Shown here in pieces: positions 48,385-57,981 of a stretch of DNA of 64,000 nucleotides. The notes under the pieces were generated by a model. That model searched no databases, was not told the DNA's origin, and was given only the letters and a program-made list of their open reading frames with translations. Source of the stretch: Spirochaetia bacterium (GTDB taxonomy: Bacteria; Spirochaetota; Spirochaetia; SZUA-6; Bin103); NCBI GenBank assembly GCA_965199955.1, contig CBDATQ010000002.1:352001-416000 (forward strand), in the 5' to 3' direction. A program made the position numbers and the translations under genes. The first letter of the stretch is position 1, and the number at the start of each line of letters is the position of its first letter.

Positions 48385-49884
48385 TCAGCCGCCGCCGGTG
48401 ATGACCGCGAACGCCTGCGCGAAGTTGTCCTCCAGCAGGCCGCTGTCGTTCACCCACCACAGCAGGTCGTCATTCATTGCCCGTTCGGTGAACCACCCGA
48501 ATACGGTCTCCCCGAGCACCTCGTACCGCAGGAGCTCCTGGGGCAGCTCGCGCTCTTCGAGCAGGCTGAGCACGATCACCTGATCGGTCAGTCGGACGGG
48601 CGCGGATACGTCGCCGATCCGCTGCAACGCAAAGCCCTGCTGGAAGAAGTCCTCGAAATCCTCCGCACCGGACAGCAGCGGCAGGTCGCCCGCGGCCTTG
48701 ACCTCTCGCGGTGACGCGGAGTCCCGGAAGTTGATCGGAAACCACTCGGTCGCGTGCACGGTCAACTCGAGATCGGCGGCAGCCGTGCGAAAGTCGGTTT
48801 GCGATGCCGCCACGGCGAAGCGGTCGCCCTGCGCCAGCAGGTAGTCTTCCACCCGGCCGCGTTCGAAGGTGACCAGGTAGGCCCGGACCGTGGCGAGGGT
48901 GTCCGCGTCCGAGAAGTCGGGCTCGATGACCCGGCTGTCGGCACGGTAGAGGTAGAAGACGTCGTCCGTTCGTCCGGCGAGCACGGGGGATAATTCGCCT
49001 TCGCCCAGGGCGAACACCTGGTTCGCCGTTTCCGGATCATCGAAGGCGCGGCTCACGTCGAAGAAGTAGCGAAGTCCCATGTCGCCGCCGGACTCACGGA
49101 AACCGTCCTGCGAATGGGCGCGCGCCTGATCCTCGAACGTGGCGGTGCCGGACACGATGCGCTGCCGGATCGCCTCGGCGGCTTCGGCTTCGCCTCTGAC
49201 CTGGATGCGGCTGAGGCTGACGCGGCGGAAGTCGCCCGCGCTGTCCGCGGCGTATGCCGCGACTTCCTCGTCGGGGTAGGCGCCGTAGCTCAGGCTGACG
49301 AACTCGAAGCGCCGTTCGTGGCGGATCATCTCCTCGTAGAAGGCGATCTCGCTCTCACTGCTCAGGCGGCCGCTCGTCACATCGTCCCGGTACCGCTGCC
49401 TGAGGAGCAACTCGTGCAGCCGGTCCAGGTTGCCTTCCCGCGTGGCCACCGGCATCTGTTCGAGGTCTTCGTAGCGGGCCACCGACTCGATGAGGGTCTG
49501 GTCGACGCGCTGCTGGGAAACGTGGACGCCGGCGGCGACCGCCAGGTGCACCTGTGCGGTATGGAGCACGGTGGCGCTGTATGCGTCGCGCCAGATGTTG
49601 CTGAGCAACGCCCGCGGATCGGTGTCCTCCGCCGCCTGCGCGGTGTAGTTCCGGTAGAACCGATCGTACGACGCCCCGAAGAAGTTGGTCGGGGTATACG
49701 AGAGCTCCTGGCCGTCGTACGTCCCGAACACGATCGTCGACCCGCTCCCGCCGACCCCCGATGGAGCCAGCGTACCGATCATCGACACGCCGATGATGAC
49801 CATCACCACGATGCTGAACCCGTAGAGGAGGTAGGACCGGTTGCTGCGTGACTCTACGGACAGCGGGTTGCCGCCCCGCGCCAT
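48385..49884 (-). CDS. Membrane-anchored SurA/PpiD-like parvulin PPIase or chaperone
   Basis: N-terminal TM; parvulin-like FEDQARAHSQDGFRESGGDMG. Confidence 0.75.
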   Translation of the reverse strand: MARGGNPLSVESRSNRSYLLYGFSIVVMVIIGVSMIGTLAPSGVGGSGSTIVFGTYDGQELSYTPTNFFGASYDRFYRNYTAQAAEDTDPRALLSNIWRDAYSATVLHTAQVHLAVAAGVHVSQQRVDQTLIESVARYEDLEQMPVATREGNLDRLHELLLRQRYRDDVTSGRLSSESEIAFYEEMIRHERRFEFVSLSYGAYPDEEVAAYAADSAGDFRRVSLSRIQVRGEAEAAEAIRQRIVSGTATFEDQARAHSQDGFRESGGDMGLRYFFDVSRAFDDPETANQVFALGEGELSPVLAGRTDDVFYLYRADSRVIEPDFSDADTLATVRAYLVTFERGRVEDYLLAQGDRFAVAASQTDFRTAAADLELTVHATEWFPINFRDSASPREVKAAGDLPLLSGAEDFEDFFQQGFALQRIGDVSAPVRLTDQVIVLSLLEERELPQELLRYEVLGETVFGWFTERAMNDDLLWWVNDSGLLEDNFAQAFAVITGGG

Positions 49885-49892
49885 GGACGACG

Positions 49893-49921
49893 AAGGTAGC
49901 CACGCGGCCGGCCGCTGTCAA
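49893..49921 (-). promoter_or_regulatory. Promoter, leaderless geometry
   Basis: TTGACA-17-TACCTT-8 nt-ATG. Confidence 0.72.
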
Positions 49922-50021
49922 CGCGGGCCGCGGTCGACGTGCCACTCCGGCCCCCATCCGGCTGGCCGGCCCGCCGGCCTTGACAAGCGCGCCACGGCGG
50001 CGCACCCTCCGGCTCTCATCC

Positions 50022-50095
50022 GGGGGCGTGGCGAAGCTGGTTATCGCGCCGGCCTGTCAAGCCGGAGGCCGCGGGTTCAAGTCCCGTCGCTCCCG
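50022..50095 (+). tRNA. tRNA-Asp (anticodon GUC)
   Basis: GGGGGCG...CCGGC-CTGTCAA-GCCGG...GGTTCAAGTCC...CGCTCCC-G; TTGACA-17-CACCCT upstream. Confidence 0.96.
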
Positions 50096-50106
50096 AAACA
50101 CAACCG

Positions 50107-50179
50107 CGGGCTGTGGCGCAGTGGCTAGCGCGCTCGGTTCGGGACCGAGAGGTCGGGAGTTCAAATCTCCCCAGCCCGA
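50107..50179 (+). tRNA. tRNA-Pro (anticodon CGG)
   Basis: CGGGCTG...CTCGG-TTCGGGA-CCGAG...GTTCAAATC...CAGCCCG-A. Confidence 0.95.
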
Positions 50180-50281
50180 TTTCCGCGCGCCGTTCGCCGC
50201 GGGTCGCACCCCTCGCCGTCGATTCCGGATTCCAGCCAGGGACTCAACCTCCCGTAGCGAGCCGCCGAAGATAGGGGAGTC

Positions 50282-51043
50282 GTGCTGCGAGGGCTGCTGT
50301 TACTGTCGATCTGCTTGTGGGCCGTGGGCTGCGCACACGGCCAGGAGCGCTACTACGTCATGCAGCGGGGCGACACGCTGTACAGCGCCTCGCGCGAGGT
50401 GGGCATCCCGGTGCCGGAGCTGATGGCGGCCAACGACATAACCGACGCCCGGCGCGTGCCGGCGGGAACGCGCCTCCGGGTGCCGGGCGGCGACGCGGTC
50501 TCGCCGGCGGCGGTTCCCACGATGCCCGTTACCTACGCCATGGTCAGGGGTGACACCCTGTACTCGATCGCGAACCGGTTCGATCTGGACGTCCGCGAGC
50601 TGATGCGCCTGAACGACATCGACGATCCGCGCGATCTCGCCACGGGTACCGTGCTGACGCTCCAGGGCGTGGGCGAAGAACGGGACCTGGAGGAGCCGGT
50701 CCTGTGGCCTACCGAAGGCGAGCGGCAGAGGTTGACCGGCAAGCTGCGGGGGGTGGCGATCCACGGGGCTCGCGGACAGGCGGTCCGTTCGGTTTCCTCG
50801 GGAACGGTGACCTGGTCCGGGCCGAGTCGCGGCTACGGGTACGTGGTCCTGGTTCGCCGGGACAGCTACGTCTACGCGTACCTCAACAATGAGCAGGTGC
50901 TCGTGCAGGTCGGCGACCGCGTACAGGTCGGTTCGGAGATCGGCACGCTCGGCGTTGCCCCTCACGACAACACGCCGCAGTTGTACTTCGTGGTCACGAA
51001 GGACTCGCGCTTCGTCGATCCCGTCTCCGCGCCGCGCGCTTAA
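50282..51043 (+). CDS. LysM x2 plus degenerate M23 (NlpD-like) putative lipoprotein
   Basis: Lipobox-like AVGC, two GDTLYS LysM repeats; HxxxD and HxH missing. Confidence 0.82.
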   Translation: MLRGLLLLSICLWAVGCAHGQERYYVMQRGDTLYSASREVGIPVPELMAANDITDARRVPAGTRLRVPGGDAVSPAAVPTMPVTYAMVRGDTLYSIANRFDLDVRELMRLNDIDDPRDLATGTVLTLQGVGEERDLEEPVLWPTEGERQRLTGKLRGVAIHGARGQAVRSVSSGTVTWSGPSRGYGYVVLVRRDSYVYAYLNNEQVLVQVGDRVQVGSEIGTLGVAPHDNTPQLYFVVTKDSRFVDPVSAPRA

Positions 51044-51060
51044 GCCCTCACATCCGGCGG

Positions 51061-52155
51061 ATGGCGGAGACTCGAGCGGCGTCCGGCGGGAACGTCGACA
51101 CGCCGGACGCCGACACGTCGGACCTGGTCTTCCGGTTCGGGCCGTCGCCATCGACCATCCGCTTCGTCCCAACGCTGAGCTCCGCCGACGTGGGACCGTC
51201 GGAGAACGCCCTGCTGGTCTGCGACCACCACACCGAGCCGCTGCTCCCGGCGGGATCGCCCGAGGCACTCCGGGTCGATGCGGAGGAGGCGGACAAGGGC
51301 TGGAGCACGGTCGCGCGGGTCATCGATGCCGCTCACCGGGCGGGACTGGATCGCGGCGCTAGCGTCACGGCGCTCGGCGGCGGCGTGCTGTGCGACGTCG
51401 TCGCCTTCGCCGCCTCGGTGTACCTGCGTGGCGTGCGCCTGGTCCTGATTCCCACGACCCTGGTGGCCATGGTCGATGCGGCCGTGGGGGGCAAGACCGG
51501 AGTCGACTACGAGGGCCGCAAGAACCTGATCGGTTCCTTCTACCCGGCGGCCCAGGTGGTGGTGTGGCCGGGCGCGCTTGCCAGCCTGCCGGAGCGGCAG
51601 CTTGCGGCCGGGATCGCGGAGGTGGTCAAGACCGCGTTGTTGGGCGACCCGGGTCTGGTGGAGCTCCTGGAACGCGACGGGTTCGCGGCGGTCACGGGCG
51701 GCGCCGCGGCGGCCTGCGCGGTGGTGCGCCGGTGCGTACAGGTGAAGGGCGGCATCGTGGCCGCGGATCCGACCGAGCGCACCGGGCTGCGCGACGTGCT
51801 CAACCTCGGACACACCTTCGCACACGCCCTGGAGGCGGTGACCGGCTTCGGCCCGTGGAACCACGGAGAGGCGGTGGCGTGGGGCATCGCCCGCGCCATG
51901 GATCTCGGCGTGCACCTCGGCGAAACGCCTCCGGCGCACCGGGAGCGAGTGCTCGCGCTGCTGGAGTCGCTCCGCTTCCGGTTGCGCGTGGGTTCGCAAG
52001 CGCCGCCGGCCGCGCTGGTGGAGGCGATGGCGGCTGACAAGAAACGCCGCGGTGGGCAACTGCGCTTCGTGCTGCAGCGCGGCGTGGGCGACACGTTCGT
52101 ACGCCCGGTCGAACGGGCCGAGGTGTTGCGCGTGCTGGCATCGGCCGCGCTGTAG
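51061..52155 (+). CDS. aroB: 3-dehydroquinate synthase
   Basis: GGGVLCD, PTTLVAMVDAAVGGKTG, KNLIGSF, LNLGHTFAHALE, HGEAVAWG. Confidence 0.94.
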   Translation: MAETRAASGGNVDTPDADTSDLVFRFGPSPSTIRFVPTLSSADVGPSENALLVCDHHTEPLLPAGSPEALRVDAEEADKGWSTVARVIDAAHRAGLDRGASVTALGGGVLCDVVAFAASVYLRGVRLVLIPTTLVAMVDAAVGGKTGVDYEGRKNLIGSFYPAAQVVVWPGALASLPERQLAAGIAEVVKTALLGDPGLVELLERDGFAAVTGGAAAACAVVRRCVQVKGGIVAADPTERTGLRDVLNLGHTFAHALEAVTGFGPWNHGEAVAWGIARAMDLGVHLGETPPAHRERVLALLESLRFRLRVGSQAPPAALVEAMAADKKRRGGQLRFVLQRGVGDTFVRPVERAEVLRVLASAAL

Positions 52156-52171
52156 CGCGGACGGGACGGGC

Positions 52172-54673
52172 CTACCGTTCGGAGGTCCGCTCCAGCAGCT
52201 CGGACAGGTGTTCCTCAAGCGGCTGCGCACCGTCCGCCACCGACTGCAGGCTGGCCAGCGTCTCTTCCACGGCGTGGCGCCATCCGCGGCGCGGCTGCAG
52301 GCGGAAGCCGCCGGAGCCGTCCGCGGTCAGGGACAGGAAGCCCAGTCGGCGGCTGCCTGCGCCGCGCGGGACGACGCGCAGGGCGAGCCCGGCAGCCGCG
52401 AGCAGCGGCGCCCGATCCGCGTGCGGGTCGAACCGCCGCTCCGGCCAGGTGCGCAGCACCCCTTCGTCGAGGCGCAGGTGGGGCAGGGCCTGCAGGATGG
52501 CGGAGAGCGGCGCGCCGCGCATCAGTTCCCCGCCGCTCTGCCGTATGACCCCGCGCACGTCTCCGAGGTCGCGCCGGCTGGCGCCCGCCAGCTCCAGTCG
52601 CCGGTCGCGGACCGCGCTCCACTCCAGGATCGCGTACCGCCGCGAGCCCTTGCCGGACGTCAGCGGCAGGGTCACCCCGGCAAGCTGCAGGGCGGCGCCC
52701 GCGCGTGGCGGTCGCGAGCCGCGGGCTCCCTCGCGGTCGCTTCGGCCACGACCGGACCGGGGCCGTGCCCGCGGTTCCGGAACCAGAGCCTCGGCCAGGC
52801 GCTGATCGACGCGCGCGAGCATTGCGGTCCGCAGGGGGGAGACCGAGCGGGCGTACAGGCGCGACGTGCGCACGATCTCGCCGGCGACGATGAAGCGGGC
52901 ATCCTCCCGGTACATGGATGATCCCGGGTGGATGTGGATCCGTTCGGCCGACAGCGACCGGTAAATCCCGCGTCCCGTGTTGACGCACACGGACTGGATC
53001 AACCCGCGCGCGATCGCGCACAGGTAGTCGTGCAGCGGACCGCCCCCGGCAAGCGGTACACCCATGTCCGATACGATCTGGGCGAGCTGGCGCCTGATGT
53101 TGGCAGCCTCGCCAAGCACCCGGTCGTCCAGGAAGTGTCGCGTGCAGAAGCCTTTCCGGTCGCCGGCCTGCTCGAAGCTGCGCAGCAGATCCAGGAAGCC
53201 CGCGAAGTCGCCGAGCCGGTGGTGGAAGGCTCGGTGAGCGCTGCGCGCTTGTTCCTCTTCCCCCAGCGGATACAGGAACGGCGACGGCGTCGACAGGAAC
53301 GCCGCGCCGGTGATGGCTTCATCGACCACCGTCGGGTAGCGGTGGATGGCCTCGACGATCACGCGCGCGAGCCGCGGCAGAATGGGAAACAGCACCATCT
53401 GTTCGCCGATTCCGGTCAGGCGGCGGCCGTCATCCAAGGCGCCGAGCCACCGCAGTGAGTCCACGGCGGCGCGGATGTGCCGCCGGCCCGGGGGCGAGAT
53501 GAAGTCGAAGCCCTCGAAGTCGTCGATACCCAGATCGGCCATGCGCAACACGACCTCGGTCAGATCGGTCCGCAGGATTTCCTCTTCCGTGAACGCCGGA
53601 CGGTTGTCGAACGATCGCCGGTCGTACAGCCGGTAGCACACGCCGGGCCGTGTCCGTCCCGCGCGGCCGGTGCGCTGGTTGCAGGAGGCGCGGGAGATCG
53701 GTGTCTCGGTAAGGGAAGCCGTGAACGTGCGTGGATCGTAGGCGTTGAGCTTGGCCCGTCCGGGATCGATGACCCAGACGATCCCGTCGATGGTCAGGCT
53801 GGTTTCGGCGATGTTGGTCGCTGCCACGACCTTGCGCCTCCCCGGGTAGTCGTCGAACACCCGCTGCTGCTCGTCGCCGCCGAGTCTGGCGAACAGCGGC
53901 AGCGGCGCAAGCGCCCGGCCGAGCCGCAGGGAGCGCAGGGTCTCTATGCATTCGCGGATCTCGCGTTCGCCGCTCAGGAAGATCAACACGTCGCCCGGCT
54001 CGCCGGTGCGGTCGATCTCGGCGACGATGTCGCCGATCGCCGCCTGGGTCGCAGCGGGATCGTTCTCGGGATGGACGGGCCGGTAGTGGACGTCGACGGG
54101 AAAGGTGCGCGAGTCCACCCGCACGATGGGGCAACCGCTGAAGTAGCCCGAGAACACCTCGGCGTTGATGGTGGCCGAGGAGACCACCACGCGCAGGTCG
54201 TCGCGCCGCTCCAGCACCTGCCTGAGCAGACCCAGGGTGAAGTCGATGTTGAGGCTGCGTTCATGCGCCTCGTCCACGACCACCACCTGGTACTCGCGCA
54301 GATCGCCGTCGAGCTTGATCTCCTGCAGCAGTATGCCGTCGGTCATGATCTTGATCGCGCAGGAGCGGGTCGTCGTGTCCTCGAACCGCATCTTGTAGGC
54401 GATCAGGTCTTCCGTAACCCCGTCCGCGGCCGCCATCTGCCGCTGCAGGTACCGGCAGACCGAGACCGCGGCGATTCGCCTGGGCTGGGTGATGCCGATG
54501 CGCGCCGTACGTCCGTAGCCGTGCTCGTACAGCAGCCGGGGGATCTGCGTGGTCTTGCCGGAGCCGGTCGGGCTCTCCACCACGACCGCGCGGTGCTCAT
54601 CGAGCGCAGCCAGAATGCGCCCGCGGTGCCGGTAGACCGGCATGTGCAGCGCCGCGTCCGGCATCGGCATCAT
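52172..54673 (-). CDS. hrpA: DEAH-box RNA helicase HrpA-like
   Basis: GSGKTTQ, TQPRRIAA, DEAHER, SAT, TNIAETSLTIDG, QRTGRAGR. Confidence 0.92.
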   Translation of the reverse strand: MMPMPDAALHMPVYRHRGRILAALDEHRAVVVESPTGSGKTTQIPRLLYEHGYGRTARIGITQPRRIAAVSVCRYLQRQMAAADGVTEDLIAYKMRFEDTTTRSCAIKIMTDGILLQEIKLDGDLREYQVVVVDEAHERSLNIDFTLGLLRQVLERRDDLRVVVSSATINAEVFSGYFSGCPIVRVDSRTFPVDVHYRPVHPENDPAATQAAIGDIVAEIDRTGEPGDVLIFLSGEREIRECIETLRSLRLGRALAPLPLFARLGGDEQQRVFDDYPGRRKVVAATNIAETSLTIDGIVWVIDPGRAKLNAYDPRTFTASLTETPISRASCNQRTGRAGRTRPGVCYRLYDRRSFDNRPAFTEEEILRTDLTEVVLRMADLGIDDFEGFDFISPPGRRHIRAAVDSLRWLGALDDGRRLTGIGEQMVLFPILPRLARVIVEAIHRYPTVVDEAITGAAFLSTPSPFLYPLGEEEQARSAHRAFHHRLGDFAGFLDLLRSFEQAGDRKGFCTRHFLDDRVLGEAANIRRQLAQIVSDMGVPLAGGGPLHDYLCAIARGLIQSVCVNTGRGIYRSLSAERIHIHPGSSMYREDARFIVAGEIVRTSRLYARSVSPLRTAMLARVDQRLAEALVPEPRARPRSGRGRSDREGARGSRPPRAGAALQLAGVTLPLTSGKGSRRYAILEWSAVRDRRLELAGASRRDLGDVRGVIRQSGGELMRGAPLSAILQALPHLRLDEGVLRTWPERRFDPHADRAPLLAAAGLALRVVPRGAGSRRLGFLSLTADGSGGFRLQPRRGWRHAVEETLASLQSVADGAQPLEEHLSELLERTSER

Positions 54674-54777
54674 GAACGGCCGCGGGGCGATCGGTGGCCG
54701 GCCGGACCCGCGCCGCCCGCCATGCCCGCGCATCCGGCATGTGCGTCCGTTACCGTGACGGGGTAGAATTGCTTCCG

Positions 54778-55863
54778 GTGTTGAGGCGGTACCGGATGTC
54801 GGCCGACGGCGAGCATGCCGTCACCGCCCGCGTCTATACGCGAGACGAGCACGGAATCGACCGCGATCAGTTCGATCGCGATGCACTGGCGGTCGTCGGC
54901 CGCCTGCAACGCGCCGGCCACGAGGCATACGTAGTCGGAGGCGCCATCCGCGACCTGATCACCGGCCGGATCCCGAAGGACGTCGATGTCGCCACCAGCG
55001 CCCGTCCGCGCATGGTCACGCGGCAGTTCTCCCGCGCGCGGATCATCGGCCGGAGGTTCAAGATCATGCACGTGCCGGCCGGGAGGCAGGGGATCGTCGA
55101 GGTGTCGACCTTCCGCGGTCCGGGAACGGATAGGCCGGGTACGGATGGCGACAACCACTACGGCACCATGGCCGAGGATGCGCTGCGCAGGGATTTCACG
55201 GTCAACGGATTGTACTACTGTCCCCGGCGCCAGCAGATCATCGACTATGTGGCGGGCTTCCGGGATCTCATCGCCGGCCGCTTGCGCACCATCGGCGATC
55301 CCGGGCAGGCGTTCATGGATGACCCCGTGCGCATGTTGCGGGCGATCAAGTACGCCGCCTTTCTGGGCGTGCGCGTGCCTGAAGGGTACCGGCGGCTGAT
55401 CCGGCGGCACGCCGGACTGCTCGGCGAATGCCCGACCGGACGGCTGAGCGAGGAACTGCGCAAGCTGCTCGCCTCCGGCAACGGTTCGGCGATCGTCCTG
55501 GACTGCGCGCGGCTGGGGCTGCTTGCCGCCATGCTGCCCGCGGTGGCCGGGTGCGTGCGTCCGCGCCGCCAGGATCCCCTGATCGTGGAGTTGGCCCGCA
55601 TCGAGCGCACCGCTCGCGCAGGAGAGGAGGTGCGCCAGCGGGCGATGGCGGCACTGGCGGCCGCGGTGAACGGGACCGGCAGCGACCCCACGCTGCGCGG
55701 CGTGAAGGAGGCGTTCGCGCCGCTCGCGATTACCAACGAAGACGCGCGCTCAATCGTCGCGTCGCTGGGCGGAGGTCAGGTCGAGCCGAACGCCGGGCCC
55801 CGGCGGCGGCGTTCGCGATCACGCCGTGCCCGTCACGCCGACGGCGGTCACGCCGGCGGGTAG
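54778..55863 (+). CDS. pcnB: Poly(A) polymerase PcnB
   Basis: VGGAIRDL, KDVDVAT, PAP-type signature IIGRRFKIMHV, RRDFTVN, DDPVRMLRA; TAGAAT 8 nt before GTG 54778. Confidence 0.88.
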   Translation: MLRRYRMSADGEHAVTARVYTRDEHGIDRDQFDRDALAVVGRLQRAGHEAYVVGGAIRDLITGRIPKDVDVATSARPRMVTRQFSRARIIGRRFKIMHVPAGRQGIVEVSTFRGPGTDRPGTDGDNHYGTMAEDALRRDFTVNGLYYCPRRQQIIDYVAGFRDLIAGRLRTIGDPGQAFMDDPVRMLRAIKYAAFLGVRVPEGYRRLIRRHAGLLGECPTGRLSEELRKLLASGNGSAIVLDCARLGLLAAMLPAVAGCVRPRRQDPLIVELARIERTARAGEEVRQRAMAALAAAVNGTGSDPTLRGVKEAFAPLAITNEDARSIVASLGGGQVEPNAGPRRRRSRSRRARHADGGHAGG

Positions 55864-55979
55864 CGCCCCAATACCGTCGCCTTTGGCTCCGCTATTGGCC
55901 CATCCCAACCTTCCGTGTCGGAGTCTGTCGGCCCACCGCTCCGCGGCCTTCCCGCTTGCGCGGCAAATCCAACCGACTC

Positions 55980-56852
55980 CTATCGGTCGGCGTCCGGAAG
56001 CAGGCTGCCGACGGTTACGTCCACCTGGCTCAGCACGAGACCCGCGTAGCGCTGCAGGCTGGACATGATGAGCTCGCGCAGGTCGTGCAGCCCGGGTCCC
56101 GCCGCGGCTCCCGACGGAACGTCGACGATCACCTCCAGTGCCCATGCTCCGGTCGACTTGCTGACGATCACGCGCGCAAGGCGCAGGCTGGGATCGTGCT
56201 CATGCAGGCAGTGCGCGACCATCTGGGTCAGCGCTGCCTCCGACACCGACACCGCGCCGCGGCTCCCGCCGATCACCTCCGTCTTTTCGAACACCATCCC
56301 CTTGTTGCGCAGCACGCCCCGCTGCCAGAAGATCCTGATGGCGTCGATCGCCATGTGTGCGTAGTCCCGGCGCACTTCGACCGGCGGTACCGGGATGATG
56401 TGCTTGCCTTCGGACTCCCGCGCCGCGCGTGCCGCGTCGATCTCCGCGCGGCTGGCGATCTCCTCGATGTGCAGATACCTGTGCGGCGCCGGCAGGGCGA
56501 GCCGGCGGGTGATGAGCTGCACCATCCTGGCCGAGGTGCCCAACACCAGCACGCGGCGCGGGCGAATGGCCGCGATCCACCGACGAGCTCCCTGAGCCGC
56601 GCGCGGGTCGTGGAACACCGCGGTCTTCACGGCGGCGAGGGCGTTGTTGGCGACCTTTGCCGACCGGCCGCCCAGGATCTTCTGGTTCCGGATCAGCAAC
56701 CCGTCGTCGATGATGAGGTCCATGCCGTGGTGCGTGGCGATGAGTTGCGCCCGGAAGCTCTTACCGGTGCCGCTGCGGCCGATGAGCGCGGTGACGCGCA
56801 CGCCGCGCAGCCGCCATGTCAGGTGATGCACCAGGGTTCGAATCCACGTCAT
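55980..56852 (-). CDS. Uncharacterised P-loop protein with Asp23/Gls24-like C-terminus
   Basis: Walker A GRSGTGKS, IIDDGLLI, VLGTS, GKHIIPVP; C-terminal GLVLSQVDVTV. Confidence 0.72.
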   Translation of the reverse strand: MTWIRTLVHHLTWRLRGVRVTALIGRSGTGKSFRAQLIATHHGMDLIIDDGLLIRNQKILGGRSAKVANNALAAVKTAVFHDPRAAQGARRWIAAIRPRRVLVLGTSARMVQLITRRLALPAPHRYLHIEEIASRAEIDAARAARESEGKHIIPVPPVEVRRDYAHMAIDAIRIFWQRGVLRNKGMVFEKTEVIGGSRGAVSVSEAALTQMVAHCLHEHDPSLRLARVIVSKSTGAWALEVIVDVPSGAAAGPGLHDLRELIMSSLQRYAGLVLSQVDVTVGSLLPDADR

Positions 56853-57864
56853 CGAGGTACCGGCAGTCAACGTATCGGGCGCGCAACGTGACCGCCGCTC
56901 GCTCCCAGTCGGCGGAGTGCCGGGCGAGCCGCGCGATCTCCGGCGGCGCCTCCAACCACCGTGCACCAGTACAGCGCAGAAGGGAAGGGTCGCCCGAACA
57001 CAACAGCCAGGCGTGCAGGAACGGCCGCCTGCGCCTTCGCGATCCGTAGCGCCGATCGCCGGCGAGCGGCATGCCGGCTCTCGCGCACAGGGCCCGTACC
57101 TGGTGCCGCCGGCCGGTGCGGGTGGACACCGCGGCCAGGGTCATGCCGGCAACCGTGCCGATCGGGTGCAGCGAGGCGCGCAGGAGCGCGGCTTCCCGGT
57201 CGATCACTGCGCGTCGGCGCGCGGCGTCGTAGCGAAGGCGCGCCTGCAGGACCTGCGGGCGGCGCACCGTCCGCTCCACCACCACGAGGTAGACCTTCGT
57301 GGCGCGGCGCTCCCGCAGCAGCGCCGTCAGGTCGCGCGCCGCGTCGATCGTCTTTGCGTAGACCAGCAGCCCGGAGCAGATCCGGTCCAGCCGGTGCACG
57401 GCGACGGGGCGGAACGACAGCGATCCCGGCACCCGATCGGCCAGGATCGGCTCCAGGCTGTGACTGAGCGGCAACGGCCATTCGGAGACGGGCCCGGCGA
57501 CCGCGACCCCGGCCGGCTTGTCGGTCACGAACACGTGCTCGTTGTCCACCAGGGTGGGAAAGCGGGCCGGGATCTGCCTGGCGGGGGAGGCGGTCCGATC
57601 GGACGGCGCGACCGCTGCTTCGTTCCCTCCCTGTGCCGCTCCGGCCGTCGCGGATGAAAGCGATGCCGGCAGCGTGATGCGGTCACCGGGCCAGACGCGG
57701 GCGCCCGGCACCGTGGGCGCTCCGTTGAGGCGCACCGCACCGGTCCGCAGCAGCCGGTACAGCAGGCTCAACGGCGTGGTCGGATGCATCCGGCGCAGGA
57801 CGCGGTCGATGCGCCGGCCGGCGTCATTGCGCTGCGCTTCGCAGGTTCTGCCCTGTTGGCTCAT
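56761..57864 (-). CDS. RluA-family pseudouridine synthase with S4 domain (RluC/D-like)
   Basis: RRIDRVL, DKPAG, catalytic HRLD, TGRRHQVR, GDRRYG, FLHA. Confidence 0.88.
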   Translation of the reverse strand: MSQQGRTCEAQRNDAGRRIDRVLRRMHPTTPLSLLYRLLRTGAVRLNGAPTVPGARVWPGDRITLPASLSSATAGAAQGGNEAAVAPSDRTASPARQIPARFPTLVDNEHVFVTDKPAGVAVAGPVSEWPLPLSHSLEPILADRVPGSLSFRPVAVHRLDRICSGLLVYAKTIDAARDLTALLRERRATKVYLVVVERTVRRPQVLQARLRYDAARRRAVIDREAALLRASLHPIGTVAGMTLAAVSTRTGRRHQVRALCARAGMPLAGDRRYGSRRRRRPFLHAWLLCSGDPSLLRCTGARWLEAPPEIARLARHSADWERAAVTLRARYVDCRYLDDVDSNPGASPDMAAARRARHRAHRPQRHR

Positions 57865-57945
57865 TGTCGTCCCGTCACGAGTGACACGGGCGCCGGGAAC
57901 TCATGCCGCTCGGATGGTACCGCAGCGTGGCCGTCTGCGGTCACG

Positions 57946-57975
57946 TTGACACTTGCTCCGGCGCGGTTCGATAGT
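57946..57975 (+). promoter_or_regulatory. Promoter, leaderless geometry
   Basis: TTGACA-18-GATAGT-6 nt-ATG 57982. Confidence 0.62.
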
Positions 57976-57981
57976 GGACGG

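Noticed and set aside
37219..50281. tRNA-anchored genomic islands
   Set aside because: No integrase, no duplicated tRNA 3' ends and no composition change next to any of the four tRNAs
54778..55863. Nucleotidyltransferase as the CCA-adding enzyme needed by the CCA-less tRNAs
   Set aside because: It carries the poly(A) polymerase-type IIGRRFxIxHV signature; a CCA enzyme is presumably elsewhere
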